Shown here piece by piece: positions 60,210 through 64,000 of a DNA stretch of 64,000 nucleotides. The stretch is from the human T2T-CHM13v2.0 reference genome, Homo sapiens: the NCBI RefSeq assembly GCF_009914755.1, contig NC_060932.1, one strand, 5' to 3'. Every line of letters begins with the position of its first letter. The first letter of the stretch is position 1. The translations under genes and the position numbers were made by a program. The notes beneath the pieces are model-generated. The model did not search any database. It was not told the DNA's origin and saw nothing but the letters and a program-made list of their open reading frames with translations.

Positions 60210-60635
60210 TGTGTTAGCCCATTCTTGTGTCACTATAAAGAAATACTTGAGGCTGGATAATTTAGAAAGAAAAGAGGTTTATTTTGGCTCACACTTCTGC
60301 AGGCTGTACAGGAAGCATGGCACTGGCATCTGTTTGTTGTCTGGTGAGAGCCTCAGGGAGCTTACAATCATGGCAGAGGCCAAAGAGGGAGCAGGTATAT
60401 CATGTGGTGTGAGAGAAAGCAAGAGAGAGAAGGGGAAGGTCCCAGACTCCTGTAAACAACCAGATCTTGAGTGAACTAACTGAGCGAGAGCTCACAAATT
60501 ACTAAGGGAATAGTGCTATGCCATTAATGAGAGATCCAGACCTATGATCCAATTCCTACCAAAGGCCCCATCTCCAACACTGAGGATCACATTTCAACAT
60601 GAGATTTGGAGGAGACATACATCCTAACCATATCA
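60210..60635 (-). mobile_element. MSTA/B (MaLR) solo LTR
   Basis: CAGGCTGTACAGGAAGCATGGC..ATTTCAACATGAGATTTGGAGG..AACCATATCA. Confidence 0.9.
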
Positions 60636-60709
60636 GGTAGGTAGGTAGGTAGTGAGATAATTAATGTTCTTGATTCTGTTGAGTAAAGACCTCAAGGCAT
60701 TTCACACGT

Positions 60710-61070
60710 ATTAGTCAGTTCAATACATTTGTTGAGGACTTCCTATGTGCAAATTATTGTGTTAAGCATAGAAGTAGACATGGTCTCTTCCCATGAGAAA
60801 TTTAAATGATTAAGTAAAATATTATATTGTTATTATTAATTAATATAGATATTAATTAATATGAATAACATGAATGTGGTAGTATAATATGAATAATGAC
60901 TGATGACAATATAAGGCAGAATTAAATAAGGGCAGCAATGGAGATGCAGACCGATGTGAGATAGGATATGGAGTAGGGAAAAATTAATTGCATCTCAGGA
61001 GATTAAATAATTTATAGAATACAGTATTTGAGCTGGACTTTTAAGGATGCAAATATTCAGCAAACTTTGA
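60710..61070 (-). mobile_element. L2 fragment
   Basis: CATTTGTTGAGGACTTCCTATGTGC..GACATGGTCTCT..TTTGAGCTGG. Confidence 0.65.
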
Positions 61071-61206
61071 TAACCGCTAGTCTAGGTCAGAGTTGGCATT
61101 GCCATAATAGTGATGTGAAGTTCAGCTTGCCTGTTAGAAGAGAAGGAGGTAGGGAGAAGTTAATGACATTTCAGCACCAGGACCTCTCAATTGCATGGAC
61201 CACTTC

Positions 61207-61573
61207 TGTATTAGTTTGCTAGGCCTGTCATAATAAAGTATTATAACAAAATACTACAGGTTGGGTTGCTTAAACAGCAGAAGCTGGAAGTTCAAGGTGC
61301 CAGTAGGACTGGTTTCTCCTGAGGCCCTTCTCCCTGGCTTGTGGAGTGCCACCTTCTGCTGTGTCCTCACATGTCCTTTTCTCTGTGCATTCACAACCCT
61401 AGTGCTTGTCCTCTTTTTGTAAGGACATCAGTCCCTTTGGATTAGGGCCCACCCTTACAATCTCATTTAACCTTAATTCCCTCCATTAAGGCCCTATCTC
61501 CCAATACAGACACAGTAGGGGGCTAGGACTTCAACATATGAATTTTAGGGGGAACACAATTCAGTTCATAACA
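61207..61573 (-). mobile_element. MLT1A/B solo LTR
   Basis: TGTATTAGTTTGCTAGG..CACAATTCAGTTCATAACA; TSD ACTTC / ACTTT. Confidence 0.9.
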
Positions 61574-62279
61574 ACTTTTAAGGCTGTGAACGGACCCTAG
61601 CTTTCAGTTCACTTGATCATATTTGTGTGTGTGAAAGTGAGTTATTTTTATACTCTTTGTCTTCAAGTGTGTCCCTCAAATGGGACAGGTTTCCGACCCT
61701 CTAAAACCCGGGCCTACCTTCTTCCTGGTGCAAGATATTCATTAGGCTCACTGTTCACCAGAAGAGGTAGCTTTGAGTGAGGATACTGTAAAGGAGAAGT
61801 GGGTAAATGAGGGGCTCCTCTATTATTGAAGAGAGAACATAGGGGCTGGTGTGAATTCCAAGTTCTGATAGGGCTACAGATGCTTTTAGGTTAGGGATCA
61901 ATACATAGAAATGAAATGTGCTGGTCTTTAAGAATCATCTTTCTTTTCTCTATCCTACACCACGAGTGTTAGAAGGAACCAACAATGATGGAAACCCAAA
62001 GGAATAATGGGACGCTTAGGGCGTTTAGGGCATAGAGCAATATCTTGTTGAAGTTGGAAGAGAATGTAGTCAGAGTTGGAGATGAAGGGGAAGAACAGTT
62101 TTTTTTTTTTTGTCTTTCCTGGCATAACGTACATAGAAGTTAGATTTAGGAGAAGATTTCTTAGTCACAAAATCTGGAGAAAGTAGTTAATGGTAGTAAA
62201 GAATGAAGGCTGCCAGGGAACAGGGGAGTATATTCTCTTCCTTTTTCTTCCTTTACATTCCTCTGCTTTTCCTTTTGTA

Positions 62280-62445
62280 TCACTGTTTCTCCTAAGTGAT
62301 AAGAATCACTTAGAGGGTGCTTATGAAAAATGAAGATTCCTATGCCTAATCCCAGACTGAGTGAATTAGAGTCTTTGATGATTGGGGCCCAGAAATAGTT
62401 ATTTTGAAAGTTTCTGATTTGATTTTTATACTCTCTAGGGACTGC
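62280..62445. mobile_element. MER5-type hAT MITE
   Basis: GATAAGAATCAC..AAAATGAAGATTCC..GAATTAGAGTCT..GGGGCCCAG. Confidence 0.65.
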
Positions 62446-62519
62446 TCTACATCCACACAAGAGTAGAATACTGCCTCTTAATTGCATATTGCTGTCATCA
62501 GTATCTATTAGTTATATCA

Positions 62520-62680
62520 GGAACTACCATTTATGGAGCACTTGTTGAGCTGTTCTAAGCAACATACTTACCCGATTCTCATGGTAAACATTTATTATGA
62601 TAATATTATCCCCATTTTGTGGATGAGAAACCAAATCTCAGAAAAGTTAAACAAATTTCTCAAGGCCACATAAGTAGTGT
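62520..62680 (-). mobile_element. MIR
   Basis: ATTATCCCCATTTTGTGGATGAGAAAC..CAAGGCCACA. Confidence 0.8.
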
Positions 62681-63762
62681 TATTTAAAAAGTGAAGGGGA
62701 AAAAGAGAAGAAAAAAATTGATAAACATATTAGTTTGCAAGTATTTTTGTATGTATAAAATTACTTTAGAGTTATATGTTGTCTTAATTGTGTGGATATT
62801 ATAATAAATATTAACTCTTAAGACCCTTGCCTGGTTGAGCATTGGTCAGCCATACTGTTAAACTGATATTCTGTTGAAATGGAATGCCAGGAAATTCCAG
62901 GCAATTTTGGCAGAAGTAATAGACTTCATGCACTTTTCTTGCCAATACTAACATCTCTCTATGACACTTAGGGGGCTATAGAGACTTGTTTGATGGGCTG
63001 ATGTTCATATTTTTAATTTGATAAGAAATTTGGGCAGCTTAGCAATAAGGTATACAGTTTTGGAAAATATGAAGAAAACCCTGCTATGTGACAATCCATT
63101 TCTGTAGGATTTGGGACAATAAATACGATGTTTTATTTTTGTAAAGCAAAACAACTCATAGACAAAAGGCTTATTGCAACTATTTTAGTATTCTATCCCT
63201 TAATCCTGCACAATTCCACTTAAAAGAAGATAAAATTTCCATTCAATGGACCAAACAACACAATAAAGTTTCTAGAGGAAACCTTTGCAATTACTATGCA
63301 AGCTTATTATAACACAGGGGAAGAGAATTAAGCAATGCATGTGTCCCCTCAGCAAATTCGTATTTCAAATATGCAAAAATAAATGAATTATGCATGTTTA
63401 TTTAGACTAACTGGACACCAAGAAATGGCAAAGGCAGAGTCCAACTTGATGTAACTCGTTTTAACAAATGTAGTTCCCCCAAAATTAAGAGCTCATTTAT
63501 TTCATAGAGGTTTTATCTGCAGATGACAAGAATAGATATTTATTTCTTTTAATATTTACTTAGATATAGGTTTCTGATTTCTAAAGTACTTTTCTAGGTT
63601 AAAAATGTTTTGAAATGTACTAAAATATAAAAATCACTCTCATCCCTCCATATGTGTTTGGATTTTATAAAATAAGAAGCTGAGTATCTCTTACATACAT
63701 TTTCTCCTCTCAAGGTTAATAACTTGGTTAGCTATTTGATATATATCCTTCCTGTTTCTTCA

Positions 63763-63860
63763 GTATATATATATATATATACACACACACACATATATAT
63801 ACACATATATACATATATATACATATATACACATATGTATATACATATATATATACATAT

Positions 63861-63898
<38 letters not shown>

Positions 63899-63900
63899 AT
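63763..63900. repeat. Compound (TA)n/(CA)n microsatellite
   Basis: Read directly from the sequence. Confidence 0.97.
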
Positions 63901-64000
63901 TTGATACCCTAAATTGGAATATTATTACATATGTTTATCTAGAATGTATTTTGAGTTTTACTTACTTAAAATGTACTATGCACACTTTGTATTGTTACTA

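Noticed and set aside
63724-63912. His/Thr/Ile-rich ORF
   Set aside because: It is a microsatellite translation.

Overview
This is primate (human-like) nuclear DNA, AT-rich and CpG-poor, made up mostly of interspersed repeats; it is not prokaryotic. It holds a near full-length Tigger1 fossil (1-2909) and a ~29 kb nested LINE-1 pile-up (6.2-35 kb: L1PA, L1PB, L1MA, L1MC, L1ME). The second half is older, with L2, MIR, CR1/L3, MaLR and ERV1 solo LTRs, hAT and TcMar elements, and Alus. I find no credible intact protein-coding gene, RNA gene, CpG island or CRISPR array; the longer ORFs are broken L1 or Tigger reading frames or chance frames in repeats. Most L1s and LTRs lie on the minus strand, suggesting an intron of a + strand gene (inference). 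I cannot support a new biological system here. The best observations are mutational-mechanism footprints. These are a probable gene-conversion tract between two inverted L1PA copies ~20 kb apart (shared private frameshifts), a template-switch rearrangement inside Tigger1, and an L1 with two 3' tails of different subfamilies. There are also hAT elements stacked at one target site, two tail-to-tail Alu pairs and a perfect 48-bp palindrome. Subfamily names come from my recall of consensus sequences and need RepeatMasker/Dfam confirmation; boundaries without a target-site duplication (TSD) are approximate.
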